A DNA stretch of 64,000 nt, taken from assembly GCA_977018835.1 (NCBI GenBank), contig CDRNXO010000001.1:1-64000 (forward strand), given 5' to 3'. Position numbers and translations under genes: made by a program. Positions 34,124 through 45,050 of the stretch are shown one piece after another. Positions within the stretch are counted from its first letter, which is position 1, and the number at the start of each line of letters is the position of its first letter. The notes under the pieces were generated by a model. The model made no database searches, had not been told where the DNA came from, and worked only from the letters and a program-made list of their open reading frames with translations. Source of the stretch: Minutocellus sp. GHC0000111. Lineage: Eukaryota.

Positions 34124-34154
34124 ATCATAATGAAGTGTTCATAAAATAATAATA

Positions 34155-35459
34155 CTATAAATAGTCCATCGGACGAGAGTTGTGAGTGCTCATTACATCC
34201 ACTCTGTCTTCCTTTGCCAAGTTTTGATTCACGCCAAAAGTGATGAAAGATCCACTTTGCGCCATCCAAATTTCATTGATCTTTGCATCTGACGCCGACT
34301 GTGTTGGAAGTGATTCAATCATTTTCCTGCACCCCGTCCCACTCATAAGGTACGCAACAGCGCCATTGGACCCACCATCAGTCTGCAGACATAGCTCCCG
34401 GTTGATGGGTTTACACTTATATGCAGGGTGCGGTGTAGCAAGAAAAATGCTGGACCAGTCGTCTTCGGTAGCAGCCGATGCGCATACCACCTTTGAAAGA
34501 TTCTCCCCAAAATTTTCATTGAAGAATACATCATCCTCAAGTATTGCGACGACGCCATAATTGTTTTTCAGGGCATCATAGTAGGCATTATAATGCTTGG
34601 CAGCAACGCTCATAATTCCCGTCGAGAGCCCGGTAAACTTCTCCTTCCCAGTCAGCGTCGTCATATCTTTTTTGCTGAGAGCCTCTCGATCCAGCGCATC
34701 GATGAAAGACACAAAGTTGGTTTCGAAGCAATCGTCCCCAAATACTTGCTTCGTTCGATTGGTCATTGTTGCCCTTCTGTTGGCCAATGGTGTGTAATGC
34801 ACAATGTAAACTTTGTCCACACCAAAAAGAGACCTTGTTGACTTGGGAAGGACATGCTTGCCCCATAAGGAATGATATTTGTCGTCAAAAGTCTGGAATT
34901 CACTTGAGTCACTCGGTGAAGATGCATTCTCATTGTCTTTCACTGCAGGGCAATCGCTTGGTATCGAGTCAAACTGCTTCACCAGAGATTCCAGTACCTC
35001 CTTGGAATGCCTTGAAGGCATATCGCTATGCGTCGGTACTTGTGCTCCCGTGATACGAAAACCTTTGGGTAGGTTGAGCTTATGGACCACTCTATCCCCC
35101 TTGTTTTGTTGGACTGCGGCATTCACTTGTAGGCCTACATTGCTTACATTACCGGTACCCCCTCCTACAAAAGATTTATCGTCTGCAAAATTTACTCGTA
35201 ACATCCCTCTTACTTTCCCACGTTGCTGTTGACGGCGGCCGCTGTTATCATTTGTGCTGATCTCATCTTGCGTTGGATGGACATCTCCAAACGCATCCAT
35301 TTGATGCGTAGTATTGAGAACATCAACCGGCGCCTGGCGAAGATTGCCAAGAGACTTGGACATTAGCTGCCAATAGTTGCCCATACCCGCCCAAGCAACA
35401 GTGGCGAGAGCGATGATGAAAGGCGTCGACTTGGCGAAAAGTCGAAGACCCCCTCCCAT
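34155..35459 (-). CDS. Glycosyltransferase family 25-like type II membrane protein
   Basis: N-terminal TM helix; VYIVHYT...RR, KHYNAY, AILEDDV, AVAYLMS..G. Confidence 0.8.
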   Translation of the reverse strand: MGGGLRLFAKSTPFIIALATVAWAGMGNYWQLMSKSLGNLRQAPVDVLNTTHQMDAFGDVHPTQDEISTNDNSGRRQQQRGKVRGMLRVNFADDKSFVGGGTGNVSNVGLQVNAAVQQNKGDRVVHKLNLPKGFRITGAQVPTHSDMPSRHSKEVLESLVKQFDSIPSDCPAVKDNENASSPSDSSEFQTFDDKYHSLWGKHVLPKSTRSLFGVDKVYIVHYTPLANRRATMTNRTKQVFGDDCFETNFVSFIDALDREALSKKDMTTLTGKEKFTGLSTGIMSVAAKHYNAYYDALKNNYGVVAILEDDVFFNENFGENLSKVVCASAATEDDWSSIFLATPHPAYKCKPINRELCLQTDGGSNGAVAYLMSGTGCRKMIESLPTQSASDAKINEIWMAQSGSFITFGVNQNLAKEDRVDVMSTHNSRPMDYL

Positions 35460-35720
35460 TGTTCTGTCTGTTAGTTATTCATGGAGCCGGGGAGAAGAGA
35501 TACGGAGGTGGAAGTGATTGCGGCCATGACGTACGCAAGGCCAACATCTATCTCGCGATCTTGCTGGATCGGAACAAACATTTATGCCCCAAGCAAGAGT
35601 TGGCAGATGGCTGCCTCCCGCGCGCGTTGCCGGTAGCTGATACATGTAGATCTAGCTAGCAGCTGCTTAACTCTAGCTAGACAGACTACCGGTAGGCTGC
35701 TAAAATGCTTACCTTTATCC

Positions 35721-38700
35721 CTATACCATCTCCATTTCGCTGGTAACCACAGATGTGCCTGAATCCCCAGCGAAGCCAAGCGATGCCTGGGAGGAGTAAG
35801 CTTTGGAGGCACTGCTCTGTCCTCGCGAACAGAACAAGCAGCAGCATATCCTTCTTACCACATAAGCAACACAGCCTCCGCTGTCCAATGTTCCGTCGTC
35901 ATTAATGATGGGTTTTGAATATGTTTTGAGCAACAAGCTGCTTGTAACGACGCTTACAGAACTGAATGCCATCATCAAGCCAGCAAATGCAGGAGGCAGG
36001 CGCCAGTCCGTCCAAGGATAGAAAACTCCGGCGGCGAACGGAAGAGCAATTATGTTGTATGCCAGTGCCCAGCCAAAGTTGAGCTTGATTCGATCAAATA
36101 CCACACGGGATAGGTGCAGGGCCACCACAACATCGTGAAGCGATGAGCGGACCAAGACTACGTCAGCGGCCTCAACTGCAACCTCTGTGCCCGCTCCGAT
36201 CGCAATGCCAACGTCTGCCCTGGCCAGGGCAACAGAATCGTTGATACCATCACCAACCACAGCCACTCGCCCGGGCTTGTTGCTCCCAGCACGCCGCCGC
36301 TTCTGCAACCGAGAAACCAAGTCAGCCTTCTCTTCCGGAGTACAGCTGGCAGTCACATTGTCGATGCCGACCTCTCCGGCGACGGCTTGGGCAGTCAGCT
36401 CATGGTCTCCGGTGCACATCCATACATCGACACCCATGTTTTTCAGAGCGGCAACTGTTGATCTGGACTCGGCATTGATTGAATCTGCAATACCAAGTAC
36501 GCCTATTATACGGCTGCTTTCTTGGTCTTTTGATTTGACGCTAACAAATACACTGACCTGTCCCCGACGTCTCATATCTTCTGCTTCCGGTGCGGCAATC
36601 GCATCTTTCGGCGGAGGCTGTGTGGAAACGCCACTGCTTTCGTCAGTAAAATTGGCCCAAATCCAGTTGCCAACCCTCACATTCCAGGAACCCCAGCCCT
36701 GGCGTGAGACGGTACACTCGACGCCGCGTCCCGGAACAATATTGAAATCAGTTACAGCAACTCCATCTGATGATAGCGTCACGTCGCCGCCCCATTTGCC
36801 TCGTGCAGAATTGACAATAGCCTTGGCTAAAGGGTGTTCACTGTTGGTCTCTGCACAAGATGCAAGCCAAAGTGCCACATCTTCCTTCTGTACCTTGGAG
36901 GGAAGCCCGGCCAAAAGAGGGTCCGATTCGGCATCAGCTGCATGAGAAACAAATTCCTTCTTTTCCGCGAGGACGGCCCGGCCGGAGGTTATAGTGCCGG
37001 TCTTATCGAAGATGACAGTATCAACACTGTGAGCTGCTTCCAGAACAGCACCACCCTTGATGAGCAATCCATTGGTTGCGCCAACTCCAGTTCCAACCAT
37101 CACAGCCGTGGGCGTAGCAAGACCCAAAGCACACGGGCAGGCCACAACCACAACACTAATTGCGCTCATCAAGGCAACGAAAAATCGTTCTTGAGTGTCA
37201 ACACCAGTATTGAATGTCGCCCAAGCTCCAAAGGTGATGAGAGCAAGGGTGAGGACGGTCGGGGCAAATATCGATGCGACATAATCTGCCACGGCTTGGA
37301 CTGGGGCTTGGTTTCCCTGGGCTTCCTCAACGAGGCGTACGATTCGCGCCAAAACAGTCTCACATCCCGTCGCTGTGACCCGAACAAGCAAGACGGACAA
37401 CTGATTGACGGATGAACCGTAGAGAGAGTCACCCGGTGATTTCGCAATGGGAAACGGCTCACCAGTGAAGGCACTTTCGTCGACATAAGACGACGTGCCA
37501 GGTCCATCTCGTGCCACAAGAATACCATCGGTAGGGACGCGTGACCCAGGCAGTACCAGTAGATAATCACCAACCTTGACCTCGGCAAGCTCAACCTCTT
37601 CTGTTCTGAGACTGTTGACGTTTGTATCGGCATCAATTTCCTTGTCGTTTTCACCATCGTCTTCCACAATAACTCTGGAGGCGGATACCGGCTGAAGCTC
37701 CATAAGTCTCTGCAAGGCCGACGCCGTCTTGCCCTTGGCATATGCTTCAAGAAATTTTCCAAGCGTCACGAAGGTTAGTAGCATGGCGCCTGTCTCGAAC
37801 GTGGGCTTCAAGTGGTGCTGCGAACTAAGTGTCGATGATCCTTCTTCGGCGGTACCAGGACTAATATCTGCATTGGTATCGACAATATCTGACCCACTTT
37901 GGATCGAATCAAACAATTGGATACAGAACACAATCAGAGAGTACACATAAGCGGCAGTCGTTCCCATCACTACCAAAAAGTCCATGCCCAGGACGGGAAA
38001 TGAGTGGTAGGCGGCCAAATAAAATCTCTTTCCGACACCAAACTGCACCGGCGTTGCGAGTAGAAACACAACCCATTCGTCCCACGTTAGCGTTGCCGGG
38101 GTAGAACCATGCGGCGGGGTGTGCATGGTGCCAAAGTGAATGGCCGCAATGGGAATTGTAAGTATCGATGCAATGATCAGCAAATTTCTCCACGAGCGCA
38201 GTTCTGACTCCCTCGCTTCTTCCATTCTGGCAGCATTATCAGCTAATGACAAACCGACCCCGCCACTGCCATTGCCAGCATCTCCGTCCGATGTCGGTGG
38301 TGTGACATACAGAATGGAACATTCATAAGATGCCTTCTTGATGGCACTTCCGCACGATTCTGCCAAAAACTCTGCTCTTGCCTTGCCATCGGAAAAGGCT
38401 GCCTCCATTGCATTTGCAGCTGTCAACTTTTCGTCGTCTTGAAACATTTCTTCCTCTTCGTCGTCGCCATCACTATCGTTATCGGTGAATGGCGTAAAGG
38501 TCACCGTGGCTCTGCCGGTCGGCAAACTGACCGATGCTTTGTCAACTCCCTTGACCGACAGGAGCGCCCGTTCCACCCTGCCAGTACAAACGGCGCAGGA
38601 CATTCCCGATACCTGCAATGTCACCGAACCACCCCGATGGAATGCAATGACTTTGTTGCTATTGATTGCTTCGGAGGATTGTGGAGGGTCCGACGATGAC

Positions 38701-39237
38701 GATGGCGCCGCCAATGCCGTCAGAGGTTCGGGATCAGCAGACGCAGGAGCGGAAGATACAGCTAGCTCCAAGTCTTCCTCGTCGTCCAAAACCCGCGCAT
38801 CGAATCCCACGCATTCCACCTCATCGACGGCATCCTCCTCCACCTTCCGTCGTAGCAGCTCGGCCTGCGATCCATCCACGTCGCATGGGTCGTACTTGGC
38901 CTCGAGTGTGCTTTCCCCATATGTCGGCAGATGGACGGTAATGACCGCTGATGATGTGGCATGAGTTGACACAGCGCTGGTCGCTCCGGGTATCGACGAG
39001 AGTGCCTGCTGGACCGTTGATCCTGCGCAAAAGAGATGGGGAGAGGGGAGAAGAGTTGAATATGAGGAAAGGTCTTTTATCTTTCTTTCATGGGACCCAA
39101 CTAACTGAGAAAAAGAAGCGGCGCATAAAAACAACACGTGCTGGTCTTGAAATTGAACGAAACTTACCGCAATTCTTCTGGCACATCATACCCTCCACCC
39201 GAAGGCGGACCGTATGGTGCATGTTGTCATCAGTCAT
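35721..39237 (-). CDS. P1B-type copper-transporting ATPase (CopA/ATP7/HMA5-like)
   Basis: Exon 1 39168-39237 (GMMCQKNC), GT-AG intron 39023-39167; GMSCAVC, TGEP, CPCALGLATP, DKTGT, SEHP, GDGINDS, YN and MAFSS motifs. Confidence 0.96.
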
Positions 39238-39403
39238 GGTTGTTGTTGTTGGTGGTGGTGGTGGGATATGCCGGCCAGGGTTGGCCGTTCACAGCCCCAT
39301 CTCGTCTTGTTTCGCCGGTCGGATGAAGCGTTTTTCGGCAGAAGACGAACACGTCACGAAGAAACCCACCAAAACCCAATCTCGTTCGTCACCCATTCTT
39401 TGA

Positions 39404-42090
39404 CCGTCCAACACCATGGTGGTCCGTCGGCGTTGCGCCGGCGTATAACTATATTTTCGTACCAAACACGCATTCATTATCATGTTTGGATATAGTTGAA
39501 GCTTACTGTATCCTCAGATTGGCCTCCGCTGCGTATCAACGCCACGAACCATCGGCCTGCTTTTCCTCCATCTGTCGGCCGTTCGTTTCTCTGGGGTGGT
39601 GCCATTGCTCCATCTTTGTGCTCGTCGTGCTCCCGTTGTGATGCCCCAGACCCTCTGGTACTTTCCCACGTTGTTGTTGATGATAAACTGCCGGGATTGC
39701 GCCGCACCCCCCGTATGACCGACTCTCGCTGATCCCGACCGATCGCATCCCCACTCGACCTCCCGGAATTCCGACAACAATTTTGCGCCCGAGGAGAGAC
39801 AGATAGCATTGGGATAAGTTTATGCAACAATCAACCCGACAAAGGGACTTTTTGGTCTGGGAGATAAATGGGTGAGTTAAGAAGGACGTGATGTGTTTGT
39901 TTGGGTGCACTATTTACTTTTTTGCTCAATCGCGATGCTGTTTGTAAAAGTTGGACTGTTGTGCAATTCATTTGTCATTGTGTAGCAGTGGTGTGATTTC
40001 ATTTTCTAATTTTACACATGCCCTGCTCCCATCTCTACATCCTCATCTCCATCGGTGGCCATCATGATCATTTGTTGGCGCTTGTCATCAGTTTCTGCTT
40101 TAACAGCTTCGGTCCTTGTCCTTTTCCTTGTTCTTGCCACCCGAGAGTTTCGCTCCCGCCTCTCCTCGACCTTTGGATTGGATGCCCTCTCCTCAGCCTT
40201 GAACTGCGCCGTCTGTTGGGCCTCATGTCCCTTGACGCCCTGAGTCCGACGATCTTCCTTAACGCCCTCTTGGTGGGCTCGCTCTACAAACGATTCGTCG
40301 AGCCAACAGATGCCGCCCCATCCATTCTTCACTAGCCAAATGTGTTGGTCCAAGATGTGATCTTCGAGTAAGTGCCACTTGGGCGTTGTGCTAAAACACC
40401 GATTGCCCGTGCTTGCTTGAGGGCACTTGCAATCAATGCTTCAAGCTCTCTCACAGCCTTCTTTGCCTCATCATCCCATTTCATGCACCATTTCAGAAAC
40501 GTGGAATGTGTTGCGTCAAGAGTGTGGAGCAAATTAGAGCAAGCTTTGCAGAGCTCTTTGATGTCGTCATCCGTCATGCCATCTTCCTCGCGATTGTGCT
40601 CTAGGAGAGCTCCTTTGGTGGAGGTGTTATGGTGGGGATGAACTCTGTTGTCCTTGGTTTCTTCTTGTTGTTGCCATCAGAAATATTAATAGATAAAGCT
40701 CTCCAGCATTCTGCCAGCACTGCCCTTATTTTACCTGAGTCGGCCGCCTCAATGCCGGCCTTTTTCAGGAAATGGAAGTGAGGGGCATCGTCATCCTCGG
40801 CATCATCGACAGCTCCCATCTCTGGCTCGCCATCACCGTGCTTCTGACGACTCTTCTCAAAGTGCTGCTGCATGCATGTTTCATGTGCAGCGTCCTCTCT
40901 TGCAACATCAGCTTCGTCCTCATAACAGGGCACACAGTCCTCGTCTTCGTCGTCATCGTCCTCACTGATCTCGCCGGCCTCCGTCGTGGTCAGGGTGCCC
41001 ACCGTCCCAACATCGTCGTCATTGTCCCACCCATCGTCCTGGCCATTACACCCACCAGGGAACTTCTGGGCCTCGAGCAACATCTGCCTGTTGATTTCGT
41101 AGTCCATCGCCACATATCCCACCGATGTGTGTGGTGCGACCGACTTGAGGAATGCATTGCATGCCTTCGTCAAATTGAGCCGCGGCGGCGGTGTTTCGAG
41201 GCGAAATTGTTGCTCGACCGTGACCATGTCGAAAGCCATCCATCCATCATCATGGAGAGCGTCGGCTGCACGAGGATTGATAGAACCGAGGCGAACAAAC
41301 ATGCTCTTTTTGCATGGGGTTCGCTGAACGTCGTCGGCAAGGCAGTGTCTTGATACCATTTCATCCCATCCATTCTGGTTGTCTGTCCTCTCACAAAAAA
41401 CACATCGCAGTCTTCGTGTTTCTTCTTCTTCAAACCCAAGATGCCCGCAGTGCACATGACGGCGCCGTACATGATGGGACTGCATCCCAACACATTCATC
41501 AAGGAGTCGTTGTTGTTGCCGATGAAATTGTAGTAATGAAGTTCCTTTCTGCGAAGACGGACGAGCAGTTCAGCCAGGGCGTCCTGCACCGCAACTCTGT
41601 CTGCGGTGTTGACCGCGGGATTGCGGCCGTTGTTTGTTTTGCTCATGGAGAATTATGGATCGAGACCAACGGGAATATCACCAGGATGTCGGGAGTACCT
41701 GGTTGGTCTCGTGCCGTAATTCTCCCACACCAGCGCGAGATATCGCCTTCGTTCTGCACGTAGCGGCGGCAATTTGAATTTTTGCCGCCATGGTGGCTCA
41801 CGTTGGGCGCGCCGGTCGGTTGCTTCGCGCGCCGGCCGGCCACCGAAAGTGCGACCAAAAGTATGCGAGTCATCCGGCTGGCAGATGGTGCTGTGCGTTG
41901 AATGAAGCAACAAAGGCGTTTTGCACAATTTGCACATGAAATATTTTTCATTCAAAAGAGCTCGAAAGACCCCCCTGAAGATGAAAGGCAACTACCATTG
42001 AAGAGTTTCGAGGTCCGGAGGACACAAAGTATCAAAAGGATCAAATTAAACCTAATGACTATGTATTTTGATTACCACCATGTTGGAAGG
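39404..42090 (-). mobile_element. Decayed DNA transposon with a Transib/RAG1/Chapaev-type transposase C-terminus; internally deleted and frameshifted
   Basis: Reading 40386->40270 gives TPKWHLLEDH...GGICWLDESFVERAHQ. Fragmented ORFs 40012-41646. Imperfect inverted termini at 39404-39423 and 42074-42090; boundaries tentative. Confidence 0.55.
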
Positions 42091-42120
42091 AACGACCATA
42101 CCAAGATGACAGCACCGCAT
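42088..42120 (+). rRNA. 5S rRNA: 5S rRNA gene, 5' fragment (about nt 1-33)
   Basis: AGGAACGACCATACCAAGATGACAGCACCGCAT has the conserved CATACC and GCACC.CAT. GGAACGAC pairs with GTTGTTCT, and AAGATG pairs with CATCTT of the 3' fragment. Confidence 0.9.
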
Positions 42121-44423
42121 ATTTCCATTCGATGACATCCACAGCCAGGATATTGTTTTGGAGTCGTGGGCAGACTTGCGCGAGGTAGTGAGCAACAATC
42201 CGGGAGCCATTGATGATTGCCTGTTTCCAATTAGCGGGATGAACTACGGAAACGGAGTTGACACCATGACCAATATTTTTTTTATGGACGGCAGAGATCC
42301 GCGACAGCCCAACCGAATCATGGTATCGGCCGATTACGAAGAAAGAGGGTACGACGAAACAATACAGAGCAAAGTGGCTCGGGTTGGGATGTATTCGTAT
42401 CATTTATGCGAACCAGCGTGCTTTCAGTGCCGCCCATGTAAAGACGGTGGGCTAGAACCATTGATGGAATTGGGAGTCGAGGTATGGAAGATGATTCGGC
42501 CCTACCTGTACGATAATGGGTGCATGTCAACGCCTGCCCTCCCAACACATGTCAGGGGGTAGTGCATTTTGGTAACAGTGATATTGCGGCACATCAAGAC
42601 ATGAATCCATTGATGGGAATAGATCTTCACGATAACAGCCAGTGCGTGGGATCGGCAGTCATTGGCATTTCTCTCTATGCAGAACAGATATTTGCTTTGT
42701 TGAACAAGCCATTTCCGTACCACAAAACGGCAAGGTACACCCACGAGAACATGGCAAAGGATGCGAGTGGAAAATACATTGCTTTCCAGACCAATCATGG
42801 TCAGATTTACGTCCTCCTTCCAGATGCAGACATCAAGTACTATCACCACGCTTCTACCCAAGTGGTGAGACGGCAGAGATTGGCCGTGTGAGAATATCTC
42901 TGACCTACCGATGGTCGGGAAAGAATGGGTTTGTCTGCACCGATCTGACGAAGGAGCTGGGAAGGGCACAAGTCCGACCTGACCCAATTGGAGATCTCAG
43001 AGGGATGGGCCCCATGCTGTTTCTCCCGGTCTACTTACTTTCCTCACCACCCCCCTATTTGATACGGACATCTTCCCTCCGTACCTCAAGAAAAGATACA
43101 ATGCCTACTGCAATCGTCGCCCAGGAGTGGGATTCACTCTCGAGCAATTTGCCACACTTATATTGACCTGCAACTGCTTCGCGTGCGGTGCCAGCCCAAT
43201 GGATGTAATGATGACCATTGACCGGTACAACAATGCCATCAGGTACACCGGTCAGGACGAAGTAGTGCTGTGCATTTGCTGCCAGAACCATAAGAGCAGC
43301 GATAGTATGCAGACTCTCCTCGATCACTCCCGCTCCATTGCAGCTCATGTTGAGGCAACTCCAGCTCTCTTGGAATTATCCCAGACAACATTCTTCCAGC
43401 CCTTCACTGAGGAACAAGATGAGGCTCTTCTTCGGATCTGTCGTTCTCTCAGGGTCGATGTCGAGCAAGGATACAGCAATGCTCTCGCAAGGAGGATGAG
43501 AGAGGGCGGACATGGTCTCCGCAGTAGAGAGGAGGTCATGATGAGGCTGCAGTATCTTGTATCAAGGTGGGATGGTAAGCTGTGCCTTTATTGCGACAGC
43601 AAGGGTGTCACTGTCAAGTTAGCGAACGACAAGGGTCCACTCGGGGAGACTATTGGCCAGCTCGTCGAGGAGGAGAACAACATCGTCGCTGAATGTCTTG
43701 CAGCCAACAACATTGATACAAACAGCATTTCGGTAGACGTCCAGTGCCTCATTGTATCGACCCTAGAGCAATCCGGTTTCTCTCGTACCATTTCGCAGAT
43801 CAAGCACCATGTCCGTCGCTACTTTGATGGTGAGGTGCTGACAATGCCAGAACAGAGGGTGCGGTACACCAAGTATCGCCACGAGGAGATAGTAGGAGGC
43901 ATCAATGAAGCTGGCATACGTGATCGGGGATATGCCGCCAGCATTGTTGGCGTTCCCAGGGCCGAGTTGACTGCCTTCCTCGAAGGCCACAGGAGCGTAG
44001 CTGAAAATGTCTTTCATTCCATCGGATACGAGCAGAAAGTGTTCAATGCAAACAGGGACGAGTACATTCGACTTTGTGGACCCGAATTCTACACCTTTTC
44101 CAAGTGCAATACTTGCGACCACTACGGATGCTTGCCAATCAAGCGATTGGATGGCTGGGGCAATATCAAGGCCAAACCGGGGAAAAAGCACTCTCGTTGC
44201 ACAGTGGACGAAAAGGGTAGGTACGAGGAGGTTCAGGACGTGTCGGACATTACGCCCAGCACCTATAAATGCACAATTAAGTTTTAGAAAATTAATTTGT
44301 ATTGCCTTTTGGATCTTATGTGTAGGAATTCCTATGCCTGTAACATGGCATCGACAGCACCGCATACCAATTTAAGCAATACAATAGCATCAGGTTTAGC
44401 ATTAGCGTCTACCCTTACCTTCA
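42121..44423 (+). mobile_element. ~2.3 kb insertion interrupting the 5S rRNA gene
   Basis: Lies exactly between the complementary 5S halves. GACAGCACCGCATA occurs at 42108-42121 and again at 44353-44366. Confidence 0.8.
42122..44287 (+). pseudogene. 5'-truncated, frameshifted ORF: AlkB-like 2OG-Fe(II) domain, HNH-like nuclease domain, two Myb/SANT-like repeats and a Cys-rich tail
   Basis: AHQD...VIGISL...HGQIYVL...YYHH...RISLTYRW; CFACG...TIDRYNN..Y...VVLCICCQNHK; FTEEQDEALL...RSREEVMMRLQYL. Shifts near 42555, 42885 and 43000. Last frame open 42983-44287. Confidence 0.65.
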
Positions 44424-44509
44424 CCGTTCGCTCTGCGAAGTTAAGCATCTTCGGGCTCAGTTAGTACTGCGGTGGGGGACCACGTTGGAATCCTGAGTGT
44501 TGTTCTTTT
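44424..44509 (+). rRNA. 5S rRNA: 5S rRNA gene, 3' fragment (about nt 35-end) with oligo-T Pol III terminator
   Basis: CCGTTCGCTCTGCGAAGTTAAGC...GTTAGTACT.CGGTGGGGGACCACGTTGGAATCCTGAGTGTTGTTCTTTT; box A (AGTTAAGC) and box C region recognisable. Confidence 0.95.
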
Positions 44510-45050
44510 GTTTTTGCCGCTTTTGGAAGTCCCAACGTGCCCCTGGATCGTTCTTGGGCCTGACTTTTGTTCTGTTGTGTCTGGGAGGTGTTTATTTTTA
44601 TTCATACCAATTGGTATTTGTTGACATGCAGATTATCTGGAAATGCTCAGTTATGTTATGAACGTCTTCCACTTTCAATTCATATTCTATCATCGCCTCT
44701 GCTATCCTGTTTCCTGTTTTACCGGTGCTGCACACTGAATCCATAGCAAGGTATTCCCTGAGTGTTGTTCTTTTGCTCTTTTGATGGACGAGACGACGAG
44801 ACGGTGGTTGGACTGTTTTTTGCCTTTTGTAAGTGATTGGAGGTCCAGGCCTTTCACGGGGTTCCGTTTAGCGGCCTTCAAGTCAGAGATGGCGGCAAGG
44901 GAGCCCGGCACATCTAGCTAGTCTAACAATTCATGGAATTCCAATTCATGCCTCACAGTTGTATTCTACTTAGATCTATGTACATGTCATGTATGTGCAG
45001 GCTTCGAAGCTAGTGGCCAATCCCCCTCTCCCCGATCTCCCCAGAAAATC

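Noticed and set aside
42121..44423. Insert as a spliceosomal or group I/II intron in 5S
   Set aside because: No GT-AG ends, no recognisable self-splicing core by eye, and a duplicated junction sequence; internal T-runs would also stop Pol III.
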